The notes under the pieces are model-generated. The model ran no database searches and was not told where the DNA came from. It saw only the letters and a list, made by a program, of their open reading frames with translations. A program made the position numbers and the translations under genes. A DNA stretch of 63,187 nt, counting the filler, from Chiloscyllium plagiosum (lineage: Eukaryota): assembly GCF_004010195.1 (NCBI RefSeq). It is 5 parts of one record of this genome, joined end to end, with 100 filler letters (N's around TTAATTAATTAA, not from the genome) between each part and the next. Parts side by side here need not be neighbours in the genome. Positions count along the whole stretch, not along the records: positions 1 to 11,130 come from NC_057714.1; positions 11,231 to 42,779 come from NC_057714.1; 3 more parts are not named here. One strand, 5' to 3'. Shown here in pieces: positions 1 to 11,413 of the stretch (its first letter is position 1; each line of letters begins with the position of its first letter).

Positions 1-991
1 GATCCGAAGTTATATACGGATCCTTCATGGTTAAAGCGTAGTGTCGCTGGGTAGCGTAAGGAGTACTGAATATTTAAGTCCCTTAAACGCTTCTTCGCCT
101 CGTCGAATGCCTTCCTCTTTCGAGCCAGAGCCGGGGAAAAGTCCTGAAATAGCATGATCTTGGATCCTTTATAAATCATAGCTTGGGGGTCTTTTCCGAG
201 ATTTCTAGAGGCTTCTAGGAGTATCTGCCTCTCCTTGTAGCTCTGCAGCCGGAACAGGACCGGGCGAGGGCGCTGGTTCGAGCCGGGCCCGCGTATTGCG
301 ACCCGGTAGGCCCATTCTACTCCTACCTGGCCTGATCCAGCTTACAGATTTAAAAGCTGTGGCAGCCACTGCTCCAGGAATGCTGTAAGCTGGCCTTCCT
401 CTTCCCGTTCGGGAAGGCCCAGCAAACAAATATTTTTTCGACGACCTCGATAATCGAGGTCGTCAATATGATTTCCCAAGGTCCGGACTCGCTGCTCGAG
501 AGTCCGGACCTGATCTATGGCCGATTGAGCGGTAGTTTCGGAGGTCGCGGTCTTTAACTCCGCCCCTCCGACTCGGCGCTCAATTTCTTGGATTTCTCGG
601 TCGTGCTTCTGCAGCGTGGCCGAGAGCGAGTTCCAACGATTTCTGGATTCTGCAATAAAGGCATCGATATTCAAATCCAGCTTGGAAATCATTTCTGCAA
701 GGCTTGTCACTGTAGGTAAGTCCCCCGGGGCGGCTGTGGACGCCTCTGCTGCTGCTGGAGAGGGTGGGGGAGGGGTTCCTGCTTGCTGAGAGCTGCGGGC
801 TCCCTTCCCTTCAGTCATTTTTACTTAGGATTAAATTGTTTAAATGTAATATTACACAACTAATTAAATTCCACAACTATTATAAATGATTTGGTGAGCG
901 TGGTAGGGGGTGGGTGACCCACTGTACCCAAGTCTTGGGAGGAGCACTATCGACTCAGTCTTGCTGGGTCGCCGCCATCTTGGATCCCCCC
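1..991 (-). mobile_element. L1-clade LINE, 5' portion (5'UTR + ORF1); runs off the left edge of the window
   Basis: Minus strand starts GGGGGGATCCAAGATGGCGGCG (G-run plus YY1-type motif typical of L1 5' ends). About 170 nt of UTR is followed by an ORF1-like frame. CpGs are well retained. Confidence 0.9.
3..818 (-). pseudogene. L1 ORF1 (Transposase_22-like coiled coil + RRM + CTD) with a single in-frame stop at 342-344
   Basis: Coiled coil, then IDDLDYRGRRKNICLLGLPE. Reading through the TAA gives ...RPRPVLFRLQSYKERQILLEASR...KIMLFQDFSPALARKRKAFDEAKKRL...YSLRYPATLRF with no further disruption to the window edge. Confidence 0.88.
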
Positions 992-1630
992 ACTATTGTC
1001 TGTTTAACATTGGCGGTTGTTTAAAGGCAAGAAAGGGAGGCGTAGGGACGGTCCTGGCAAGATTCTCATTCTCATCGATAATTTGTTGCAGGCTGCAAAG
1101 AACATGGCATAGTTTTTCAGCTCCCGGCAAGTACTGGACAATGTAGGGTACCCTATTGGTTGCAAGCCCTGTCTGTCTCCTGGAAATGTCATTATGGTTT
1201 CTCTACAGTCATTACCTTAAACAGACGATTGTTCGCAGCAAACTGCCCAGCTTTCAGAACATCATCAACTACAACAACTTACAACCCTGTCATGGCAACC
1301 CCTGCAACATGTGTCAGAGTGTCAACATGGATACCACCATCACCCGTGGGGACACCACTCACAGTATACACAGCAGGTACTTATATAACTCAGCCAACAT
1401 TGTCTATCTCATATACTGCAGGTGACTTAATTACACTAGACACTCTCTGACATGCACACACACAAGCATACATACACACACACTCTTACATACTTGCACA
1501 CTCACGCAGACTCTCTTTCATACATACAAAGCTTTGACAAAGGGTCAGTTAGACTCGAAAAGTCAGCGCTCTTCTCTCCTTACAGATGCTGCCAGACCTG
1601 CTGAGATTTTCCAGCATTTTCTCTTTTGTA
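992..1630 (+). mobile_element. Penelope-like element (PLE) remnant with an inverted 5' segment
   Basis: 1210-1422 (+) encodes LKQTIVRSKLP...QPCHGNPCNMCQ...SANIVYLIYCR (pre-GIY-YIG region). 992-1200 is the preceding PLE coding segment on the opposite strand. A CA-rich tract and a PLE-type terminus follow (1535-1630). Confidence 0.75.
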
Positions 1631-2460
1631 TCAATATAGTACTGTATCCAGAAGAATGGCTCCCCAGCATTGAGTCTCCACAAAAGGTTATGATATTAAT
1701 CAGCCATTACCAACTGTGTCTCAGGACCTGAATAGATTACAGAACATCAAACTGTTTCCTCAACTAGAATGTACTTGTTAAATACATATTAATAGGGCTG
1801 CTAAACCTACTATCAAAGCAGTGCTTCTGTGAAACTGCATGAATGAATGAAACTCATATCGGCAAATAGTAAACAAAATCTCAGACCCAGGTGCGGACCT
1901 TCTATACTTTTATTTAGTGCATGTATACTTTCTAACTTATTTAACTCATATCAGTCTAGTATTTTATGAACATTTAGTAACTTAAAAGACAAAAGGACTA
2001 ACACTTCTTAACTATGCAAGCTCAGAATAGACATTCTAATCCCTTCGGATGCAACAGTGAGCATTTAACAAATATTTAAACCATCTCCTGTTTCCCCAGG
2101 ACAGACGTCGCCCAAACCTTTGTGTACAATAGATAAAGCAATAGTGATAGAATTTGAACATATGTAAGAACTGTGTATGAAGGTGTTACTGTAAGATCTG
2201 TAGTTCGGGATTCCATCGCCGTGCTATTGCGGTTGCTCCATAAAAAGTCTATTTTTGCCACTCACTGATTTTGGTCGTTATTTGAACATGATCCCACATC
2301 AGGTACAGGAGGTGCAGCTACCCTTCCTCCTGTGCATGTAGCTGTAGTGATTGGAATGAGGTCAGTCAGGTGGACCTCATTGAATATGAGTTCCTGATTG
2401 GGACTGTTAACCTGGTCCATTCAGGGAGTCCTGGCTGACAGACATAAACAGGAATCTTTG

Positions 2461-3055
2461 ATCACGCAGCATTGCCCTTTGATGTGAAGGGCACTGCTTG
2501 TCACTGGCCACTTGGGTGTTTCTTTTCTTCCTGATGGTGGAAATTGAATAAAGATTTGTACACTTTGTGTCTTTCACTGTGTCTCACACCTGCACACACA
2601 CAACATGGGTGCTGGAGAAAAAATAAGCACTGCCACAGTTAGGGAGTAGTGTAGGGGTAATGAAAGAAAAGGAGTGCCAGACATTCAAGAGAAAGAGAAA
2701 AAAAGAAAAAATAAATAAATAAACAGGGGTGTTACTGATATTCTCAAGGTCTTGAGGGAGAGGTGGGCACCATGGGTCCTGAAATGCTTTGTTCTTCCCA
2801 TCCTCCCCCCCCTCCCCACCCACCCCCCCCCCCCCCCCCCAACCCTCACCAACTCTCTTTTGCTTTAACCCCTGCCTTCCCCCTCACTATATCATTCACA
2901 CATGCTTTACCCTTCAGGAACGGGACACTGCTTGTCACTGGCCACTCCAGTGGTTTTTTCCTGGTGGTGGAAAGCAAATAAAGTTTTCTACACTCAATGT
3001 TTCTTCACTGTGTCCTAAACCTATATGGCATGAATGAAAAAAAAGAGAAAAAGAA
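2461..3055 (+). repeat. Two copies of an A-tailed retroposon 3' end (third copy at 26284-26450)
   Basis: Shared core cactgcttgtcactggccact...tggtggaaa...AATAAAg...ttcactgtgtc followed by A-rich tails. Confidence 0.6.
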
Positions 3056-3067
3056 ATAAACAGGCAC

Positions 3068-3380
3068 GCTGGGGACCCAGATTCGATTCCAGCCTCAGGC
3101 AACTGTCTGTGTGGAGTTTGCACTTTCTCCTGGTATCTGTGAGTTTCTTCCACGTGCTCTGGTTTCCTCCCACAGTCTAAAGATGAGCATGTTAGGTGGA
3201 TTGGCCCTGCTAAATTGCCCATAATATCCAGGGATGTACAAGCTAGGTGGATTAGCCTTTGGAAATGCAGGGCTACCTGAATAGGGTAAGGGTTGGGTCT
3301 AGGTGGGATGCTCTTTGGAAGGTCAGTGTGGACTTGATGGATCAAATGGCCTGCTTCCACACTATAGGGATTCCATGAAG
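3068..3380 (+). mobile_element. HE1-type SINE, 5'-truncated
   Basis: Box B-like ttcgattcc, core gtgtggagtttgcac...ggtttcctcccacagtc, CR1-like 3' tail. Confidence 0.85.
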
Positions 3381-3479
3381 TGAGCTTTGTGCTAGCTGGG
3401 TCAGTGTCATGTACTATGCACATGTAAATGAAGGGTGAGTTGTTAAAGTGATACCGGCCTTCGAGGAGTTATTTCAACA

Positions 3480-6300
3480 TCCAAGCCAGAGAAGCCTCTC
3501 TTCCTTGCTGGACAGCCGGCTATTTTTGTCCTCGAAATAGCTGATTAACTTTACCTTTCTATGGGCTACCATGTGTGTCATAGAAACCAGAGATGGACGT
3601 TGTAAAGCTTTTCTTCTCGGTAGATGCAGATTGTCCAGGCCTTACTACCAAACAGCAATATTCTGAGGATTATTAGTTTTTATTATCATTGACAATATTT
3701 TCTGTCAAGGTCAAAGGATCTACAGACTTAATGGCATGTATAATTTGCAGTTATGTGAGATGCATGGTCATGTTCTTTTAGTCCAGTTCATGGCATCGAG
3801 AGTTTGGCACTCTCGCTATTCCTCTTCACCTTATTATGATTCAGCCTAAGAATCCTTCCTCCAGATTCTGCTTCCATCTTGATGTCATGGAATTTGTAGA
3901 ATCCCTACAGTGTGTAAGAGGCCCATTCAGCCCATCGCATCTGTACTGACCCTCCAAAGAGCATCTCACCCAGACCTATTCCCTCCAATTTATCCCCGTA
4001 ATCCCACACATTCTATTACCATGCCTAATCCACCTCACCTGCACATCCCTGGATGCTACAGCACAATTTACCATGTCCAAACCACTTAACATGCACATCT
4101 TTGGACTATGGATCGACCACCCAGGGGAAACTCATGAAGACACAGGTAGAACATGCAAACTCAATACAGATGGTCACCAAAGACTGAAATCGAACATGGG
4201 TCCCTGGTGCTGTGAGGCAACAGTGCTAACCAGGTCAGTCCAAGTTTATGGTCTCCCAGGAGTTAATGCCAGTGTTGTATTTTTCACATTGGCTTCTAGG
4301 ACATTCTAGAAATGCTTCAAATGTCCTCCTCTCCTCAACCTACCATGGGTTAAGCTGGGAAGAAAAGACTTTAATGGCAACAAATCAGGATGAATGCACT
4401 TTTTGATTCGAGCCATCAGCAATTAAATAGTTTACTACCCATTCAATAAATAAATTGCACTCCAAATCATGGAAACTTGTCTGTGGTCAGATTGAACATG
4501 GCAGATAGGAAGATTGAATATCCCCTATTTTGGGCAATGACACAACCTTATTTGACTCTTGTCTTACCCTCAGAGGGGTTCATGATGGATCCATTGCTAA
4601 GGAGCATTGCATATCATCGGGAGACCAACATGATGAATTTTGGAAGACATCTAGATTATAAATACTATCATGTTAGTGCTTGTTTTTGTTTCAAGTATTC
4701 CATCACCTCCTCTTGCTCTGCTGCTCTTTTCCTGTGTGATAGCTTTCATCACTTGCGCTAGTGTCAATGAAGTTCTGAGCTCATTTTTGATTGGGGCTTT
4801 GTGGAATGGAGCTGAAACCACCGAAACAACAATGAATTCTAGATTAAAAATGCCTTCAAAATTCTCCCACTGATCAGCATTCACAGCTTCCCTTTCAGAA
4901 AACAGAAAAACATTCATAGGCCTCAGAGGAACTCCTTCTTGAAAACTTGATCCGCAGTCCTTGCGACATTTGAAGAAACTACAGACTTCATTCATGTCAG
5001 TGAACTGTTGAATTTTCTTTGCTTTGTCTGCCCACCCCCAAGTTCTTTGCCTGATGAATGGCTTATCCCCGACTCTCCTGTTCCTTGGATGCAGCCTGAC
5101 CGGTTGTGCTTTTCCAGTACCACACTCTTCGACCCTGTGGACAAGCCAGTTTCTTATGCATTGAGTTTGGGCATTCTATCAGGGTCAGAAAATCTGGCAC
5201 TTATGATCAATCAGCTTGTTGATAACCTGATCAGTTTTATTAAACCAGTCCAAATGTTTCCCAACAAGGAATCAACTGTCATTTCACAGACATTAATGAA
5301 ATGGTTTAAGGACTTCCCAAGCACTTATGGATCATCTGTTCTTGACTGATGCTTGCAAGTATTTCCTGACAGCCTTGTCGGAAGTTTTGACTGAATCCAT
5401 TGATGCTTCAGCGTAAATCTCTTATGTTGCGTCCATCTTTTAGGTGCTAGTTTGCGGACATAGTTGAACAAATAAACTGGTGATGAGTCTAGCAGTCATC
5501 AGCTCCTGTAATAACTCTGGTGGTGCAGACATCTTTGCAATTCTGTGCACATATGATGACGTATTTGATGAAATGCCATTGTTCAGGCCAAGGGTGTTAT
5601 CATGACATTTTGCACTCATTCATTTGAGGGAATTGGTGATGATGAACCCATGTGTTGCACATTTTGTAAGGAGAACGTCATTGAAGTTGACATTTCAAAT
5701 TCCTTCTCTACCAATGGTTCCATTCCGGAGATTGCAATCTCCTCCAGCTTTGTCATTGACATTTTGGAGAACAATAAATCATTGTTTGGAATCCCATAGA
5801 AAACATGGTCAGGTTTGGCACAAGAATCATCCTTACTTTCATCATCAGCATCTAAAGTTGGTCAATTGCTCAGTACATGGTGATGTATTGACTCTTTGCC
5901 AATTTGAAAAAAAGAGTCACAAGGCACTCATTAAGCTGATTGACAAATTCATTCTTAATGACAAATCCAATTCGGTCAATTCTGAATTCTTATTCTGAGT
6001 TTTCCTTGCAAAAGAAGAAATAGCTGCCTCAATGTTCCTTGAACTGCTCCTCTCTAGCTAGCCAAGCCTCACTCAGAGTGGCAATGTCATATTACCAGAA
6101 TTCCTGGGCAACAAACATAGTGCAACACTCTGGATGTTCACTCACAGTTGTGTTCATGAGGGCTGTGAAGTTCCAAGTCCCAAACTTAACTTATTTTGTA
6201 TCTTGGGTGGTTCTATGACAGTTTTCTCTGGATGAAGATATCCAGTTGGGAGAAATGAAAGAGGATACCTTTCAGGCACCTTTTCTAGCTATCCACTCCA
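3480..6300 (-). mobile_element. Highly decayed RTE-clade LINE (APE endonuclease through C-terminus), interrupted by younger repeats
   Basis: Minus-strand translation gives KFGTWNFTALM...YDIATLSEAWLAREEQFKEH (about 6190-6030), HPWPEQWHFIKYVII...VITGADDC*THH (about 5600-5480) and ILLFGSKAWTI (about 3660). These match RTE motifs GTWNVRTL/DIAALSETR, HPRSKHWHLIDY..DCWTDH and LLYGSETW. Confidence 0.75.
3895..4232 (-). mobile_element. HE1-type SINE (diverged)
   Basis: Reverse complement matches the HE1 head (gttagcactgttgcctcacagcaccagggaccc), core and tail. Confidence 0.8.
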
Positions 6301-7039
6301 AGGTAATGGGTGAACAAACTGCACTTTAAAGATAGCTGCTCATTTGCAGATACAGTTACTGAAAGGCAGCCTCTATATCAAACGGCTAGAAACCATCTTG
6401 TAACTGTCAACGCCATGTCAGATTATGACTAGAGGTTTCCAGACCACAAACCCTATTCTAGTCATCATATGCTGGTCACCAATGGGTCTAAAAGGGTCTA
6501 CAAGAGTTCACTACTTGACTGAAAGTGAATATTACTCACTGCAATGATGTCATGGGAAATAAATGAGAGAGTAAAGTGAGATCTCATGCTAAAAGTTAGA
6601 TTTTCCCAACATACTGAGCGTGTTGTAATAATGGGGGCTAGTTCACTCTGTTGGTTGGATGACTGGTCTCTGATGTAGTGTGACTCCAAAAGCATGGGAT
6701 TCCTGCATTGAGGTTGCCATAAAGGTCCCACCTTCTCAACCTCCCCCTTCTCCAGCGGCTTGGTGACCCTCAGATTTAACCATCCCAATCATTTCTCTCT
6801 CATGGCAGAGCAGCTCTCTCAGTGTGGTGACTTTCCCTTGCGTTTTATTCTATTAACCACATAAATAGATGCAGAGATGCAATAAACGACATCTTGTTTA
6901 CTCTTCAAGACTCTTTTTATTAGAACAGAAATAACTGTTCTTGCACTCAGTAAACCACATAAGCTCTGAAAGGTTCCACACACTTGGAGGACATGAACGG
7001 CATCCAATACAACATGGAGATCTGTATGAGATTTGAAGA

Positions 7040-8010
7040 TTTAATTCCCAGCACCAGTCCCAATGAAGTATACTGGCAACCCAGAAGACTTCAAGGAAAA
7101 CAGATACTGCTCATTGATGAGGATAGCCACAACCACCTTCCTTTGTGCTAAGTATTAACCAAACCAGTGGAATGTTTTCTTCCAGGTTTCTATTAATGAT
7201 AGTTTTGCTAGGGTTCATTGATGACTTACCCAGTCAAATGTGACCTTGATGTAAAGAACAGTCACTCTCATCTCACCTCTGAAATTCAATTCTTTCCTCC
7301 ACGTTTGGACCAATGTTGTGGATAAGTGGCTCTGGTGGAACTCAAAATACACATCAGTGAGCAGGTTATTCCCTTGCTAATGCAGTTTGACAGCCCTGTT
7401 GACAATCTGTTCCATCATTTTGCAGTTGATCGAGAGTAGCTTGATAGTGTGAGGCAGCAGTGCTAACCACTGGGCCACCGTGCCGCCCACAAAGGTTATT
7501 CCCTTGCTAATGCAGTTTGACAGCCCTGTTGACAATCTGTTCCATCATTTTGCAGTTGATCGAGAGTAGCTTGATAGGGCACCTGTTGACCAGATTGGAA
7601 TTTAGAGATTTTGTGAATAGGACATACTTGGACAATTTTCCACATTGTCGGGTGGAGGCAAATTTATGAAGGTCGATGCAAATACTTCAGCCTTGTCTTT
7701 TGCTCTGATGTATTGGACAGTCTTGTCATTGAGGTTGGGGATATTTGTGGAGAATCCTCCTTCAGTAAGTTGTTTAATTGTCCACCAGTATTTCACAACT
7801 AAATGTGGCAGGACTACAGAGCTCAGGTGGGATTCATTGTTCGTGGAATCACTTAGCCTTTTCCATTATCTACTGCTTATGCTGCTTGGTTTTCACATAT
7901 TCCAGAGTTATAACTGCAAGTTTGATACCATATTTGTAGGTATGGTTGGTGCTGCCCCTGTCATGGCCTTCTCCACTCTCTATTGAACCAAGATGTATCT
8001 CTTGGTTATT
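7040..8010 (-). mobile_element. Old CR1/L2-like LINE internal fragment
   Basis: Degenerate frame KYWWTIKQLTEGGFSTNIPNLND...AKDKAEVFASTF. Appears related to the old LINE pieces at 9240-9610 and 22290-23290. Confidence 0.55.
7363..7577. repeat. Perfect 85-bp direct repeat (7363-7447, 7493-7577) enclosing a 45-bp HE1 SINE head
   Basis: Direct comparison of the two copies. The insert 7448-7492 is the reverse complement of ttgtgggcggcacggtggcccagtggttagcactgctgcctcaca. Confidence 0.92.
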
Positions 8011-8468
8011 CTGATCAAGGGGCACTGAATATCTCTTAAATTTCCCACAATTTCTTGATGAAATTTGTGCCGTGCATACTGTATAACATATAGCCATCTC
8101 TCCATCAACGAGTTGCTCTCGAAATCGAAACTGGCCACACAGGACTTGTCACACAATTCTGCTACATTTTGCTACCATCACATGCATCATTCAGGTTCCA
8201 AAATACTTCTACCTTTGTGTTATCTGGAAAGACTACACAGGAATAACTCTTCACTCCCCCCCCCCCCCCCTTGTGAAAGGACTGAGAAAGAAAGGGTGCA
8301 GATTTAAAGTAATTAGCAAAAGATGTAGAAATATTGTGAGAAAAACATTTATCACGGCAAGTAACTAATGTCTGGAATTCATGAGAATATCGAGGACAGT
8401 GCTTCAGCCGAGGCATTCAGGAGAGAATTATTATATTATTTGAGAAGGAATAATGTGCAGCATTACAA

Positions 8469-8779
8469 GGTTAAAAATCACACAACACCATGCTATAGTC
8501 CAACAGGTTTATTTGGAAGCACTAGCTTCTGGAGCACTGCGCCTTCATCAGGTAGCTGTGGAGCAGAATTGCAAAACACAGAATTGATAGCAAAAGATTA
8601 CATGACAATGTAATCTTTTGCTATAAATTCTGTGTCTTATGAGCCTGCTCCACAACCACCTGATGAAGGAGCAGCACTCTGAAATCCAGTGCTTCCAAAT
8701 AAACCTGTTGGACTGTACCTGGTGTTATGTGATTTTTAACTTTGCCCACCCTAGTACAACAACGGCATCTCCACATCAT
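8469..8779 (+). mobile_element. PLE-derived fold-back mini-element (family 1) with 11-bp TSD
   Basis: Inverted arms 8470-8603 and 8608-8740 around a GACA loop. TSD CAGCATTACAA at 8458-8468 and 8780-8790. Inserted into an old CR1 3' end. Confidence 0.88.
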
Positions 8780-8884
8780 CAGCATTACAATGGGGAGACG
8801 GGTGAGTGGCACTAAGTGAAATGCTAATTCAGAGAGCCAGAGCAGACATGATGGGCCAAATGGCCTCCCTCCCTGATTCTGCGA

Positions 8885-9122
8885 TTCCTACAGTGATTGT
8901 ATTAAGATCAACCAGCTGCATTCCACAGAATATGAATTCCCTGATTGGGACTATTATCTGACCCAATCAGGGAAACCTGACTGACATAAAAGCATTAATG
9001 TCAGGGATATTAAGCCCCTGAATGCCTGATGCAGTGAGAGGCAGTGCTATTGCCAAAGGGTATGCATTTTTAAATGAAGGGTGATTGGTGATGTGATGCC
9101 TGCCTCTGAAGATTTATTTCAC
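8885..9122. mobile_element. Probable solo LTR (second copy of the 2338-3479 family)
   Basis: Colinear similarity to 2338-2460 plus 3380-3479. Confidence 0.45.
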
Positions 9123-9239
9123 CTCTTCGCAGTAGAAGTGTCAGAATACTATCCAGAGTAACTTAGAAATCATCTTAGTCATTCATATTAACATGCAGGT
9201 TTGGTGCATAAACCCAGATGATGATGACATAACCCCTGA

Positions 9240-9610
9240 TTTGTTTTAATCATTGATGGAATGTGGGTGTCGCTGGCTCAGCTAGCATTTATTACCCATC
9301 CCTAATTGCCTTTCAGAAGATAACAGTGAGCTGCCTTCTTGAACTCCTGCAGTCCCTGAAATGTAGGAACATACACAGTGCTATCGGGAGGGGAATTCCA
9401 CAATTTCAACTCAGTAATACTCAAAGAACGGTGATACGTTTCGAACCAAGGATGGTAAGTGACATGGAGAGGAACTTGCAGGTGGTGTTGTTTACATATA
9501 TCCGCTGCCCTTGCCCTTCTCGATTGCCATGTGGTTGTTGGTTTGGAAGGCGCTGTCAACTAAGTCTTGGTAAATATTTGCAGTACATTTTGTGTCTGGT
9601 ACACACTGCA
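9240..9610 (-). mobile_element. Old CR1/L2-like LINE 3' end
   Basis: Frame ending ...KLWNSPPDSTVYVPTFQGLQEFKKAAHCYLLKGN*. A similar 3' end lies at about 22290-22650. Confidence 0.65.
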
Positions 9611-9699
9611 ATGAAATAGAGTTCATGGTCCATATTGGTATAATGAGATAGCTAGAAAGAAAAGGGACAATGCCTTGTAAGCAACATTTATGGAGATAG

Positions 9700-10700
9700 G
9701 AAGTCAATTAAAAAAACATAATCCAAAAGTCAATATCCCCCGGGTACTTACCTTGGGTAGTCATAGTCTGAAAGGTTTAGAGGGAACAGAATTCTTAAAA
9801 TGCTTCCAGGAGGACTTTTTTAAACCATTACATAGAAGTCCCGACATGAGAGGGGCAGTCTTGGACATAATTTTAGATAATGAAGCTGGACAATTGTATG
9901 AGCACTTTTCAGGCAGCTATCATAACTCAACTAGATTCAAATTTGTTATGGCAAAGGATAAGGTTGGGCTTGAAATCAAAGTTCTGAAAAAGGGAATGCT
10001 GATTTTAATAAGTTTGGGTATGATTTGGGAGTGGTGACTGAGAGTAGACGCTTTTAGGTAAATCTGGATCAGAGCACTTGGACACCTTGATAAAGGAAAT
10101 ATGCAGATGCAGAACCAATACATTCGAATAAAGACAAAGGGTCAAATCGATAAATCCTGTGAACCCTGGACCTAAGAGATAAACAAGATTGAATTTGAGA
10201 AAAAGGGAAACTTATGGCAGAAACTAAGGGCGCAAACAGCAGAGATGTACAGAATTTGTAAGGGGAAACTTAAAAAGGAAACTGGAGACCAAAATGGGGG
10301 CATGAAAGGATAATGGCAGGTAAAATAGCAGAAGATTCTCAGTTATTTTACAAGTACATTAAATGTAAAAGGATAATTAGGGAAAGAGTAGGGCTCATTA
10401 ACAACCATAGTGATAATTTGCACGTGGAGCCAGAGGACATCGATCGGGTTTAAAATGAATATCTCATGTCGTGTGGACTAGTGACAATGACAATATCGGT
10501 ATAGAAGTCAGGAAGAAAGACTGTGATGTACTTAATGAAGTTAGCATAGACAAAGATGAGTTTCTGAGTGATTTGGCAAGCTTAAAAGTAGGTAAGACTT
10601 CAGAGCTGGATGAAATGCATCCCACGTTGTTGAGTGCAGCAATGGAGGAAATAGCAATGGACAAAAAGTTTCAAATCCTCTTTGAACACAGCATAGGAAC
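9700..10700 (+). mobile_element. Decayed CR1 LINE ORF2 fragment (APE end to RT start)
   Basis: EFLKCFQEDFF...GAVLDIILDNEAGQ...HFSGSYHNS and LKVGKTSELDEMHPTLL resemble CR1 LDLVLGNEPGQ/GDSDHN and KSPGPDGIHPR. Confidence 0.75.
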
Positions 10701-11130
10701 TAAGTGAGCTATTTTGTCCTGGGTGGTGTAAGCTCCTTGATTGTTATTGGAGCTGCAATCATCCAGGGTCCGCGGGGGGCGGGGGGGGGGGGCACAAGTC
10801 CATCAAGATTCTGTCTTGCACTTTGTAGATGGTGGACAAGCTCTGGGGAGTGCAGAAATGAGTTACTCATTGCAGGATTCCTGGTCTTGTAGTGACAGTA
10901 TTTAAATGCCTCATCTAGTTCAGTTTCTGAGGTAAAAACAATGACTGCAGACGCTGGAAACCAGATTCTGGATCAGTGGTGCTGGAAGAGCACAGCAATT
11001 CAGGCAGCATCCGACGAGCAGCAAAATCGACTTATCGGGCAAAAACCCTTCATCAGGAATAAAGGCAGAGGGCCTGAAGCATGGAGAGATAAGCTAGAGG
11101 AGGGTGGGGGTGGGGAGAAAGTAGCATAGA

Positions 11131-11230
11131 NNNNNNNNNNNNNNNNNNNNNNNNNNNNNNNNNNNNNNNNNNNNTTAATTAATTAANNNNNNNNNNNNNN
11201 NNNNNNNNNNNNNNNNNNNNNNNNNNNNNN
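11131..11230. other. Assembly gap (44 N + TTAATTAATTAA linker + 44 N)
   Basis: The same 100-bp structure occurs at 42780-42879, 51778-51877 and 57474-57573. A plain N gap lies at 59871-60006. Confidence 0.97.
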
Positions 11231-11413
11231 GTAACTAGGGAGAGACGGCACCGCCTTCCTGACCTGCAGTCTTCTTCTTGACCTCTCCGCCTCCATCCTA
11301 CTCCGACCTATCACCCTCACCTTGACCTCTTTCCACCTATCACATTTCCAACGCCCCTCCTCCAAGTCCCTCCTCCCTACCTTTTATCTTCTCCTGCTGA
11401 ACACTCTCTGCTC

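Larger units (their letters stand above)
2338..3479. mobile_element. Probable solo LTR split by later insertions (LTR parts about 2338-2460 and 3380-3479)
   Basis: TG...CA ends. The two parts are colinear with an uninterrupted similar sequence at 8885-9122 (shared aatatga.ttcc.tgattgggact and aaatgaagggtga...ttatttca). No TSD seen. Confidence 0.45.

Noticed and set aside
2085..2170. Possible plus-strand exon (ttccccag|GACAGACG...CATAT|gtaag)
   Set aside because: The peptide is not recognisable and there are no partner exons, so it is unsupported.
2763..3037. Proline-rich ORFs
   Set aside because: Produced by a poly-C tract within repeat-derived sequence.
11175..11186. Palindromic TTAATTAATTAA repeated four times in the window (also 42824, 51822, 57518)
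   Set aside because: Always centred in a 100-bp N block. It is an artificial all-frame-stop scaffold linker, not biology.
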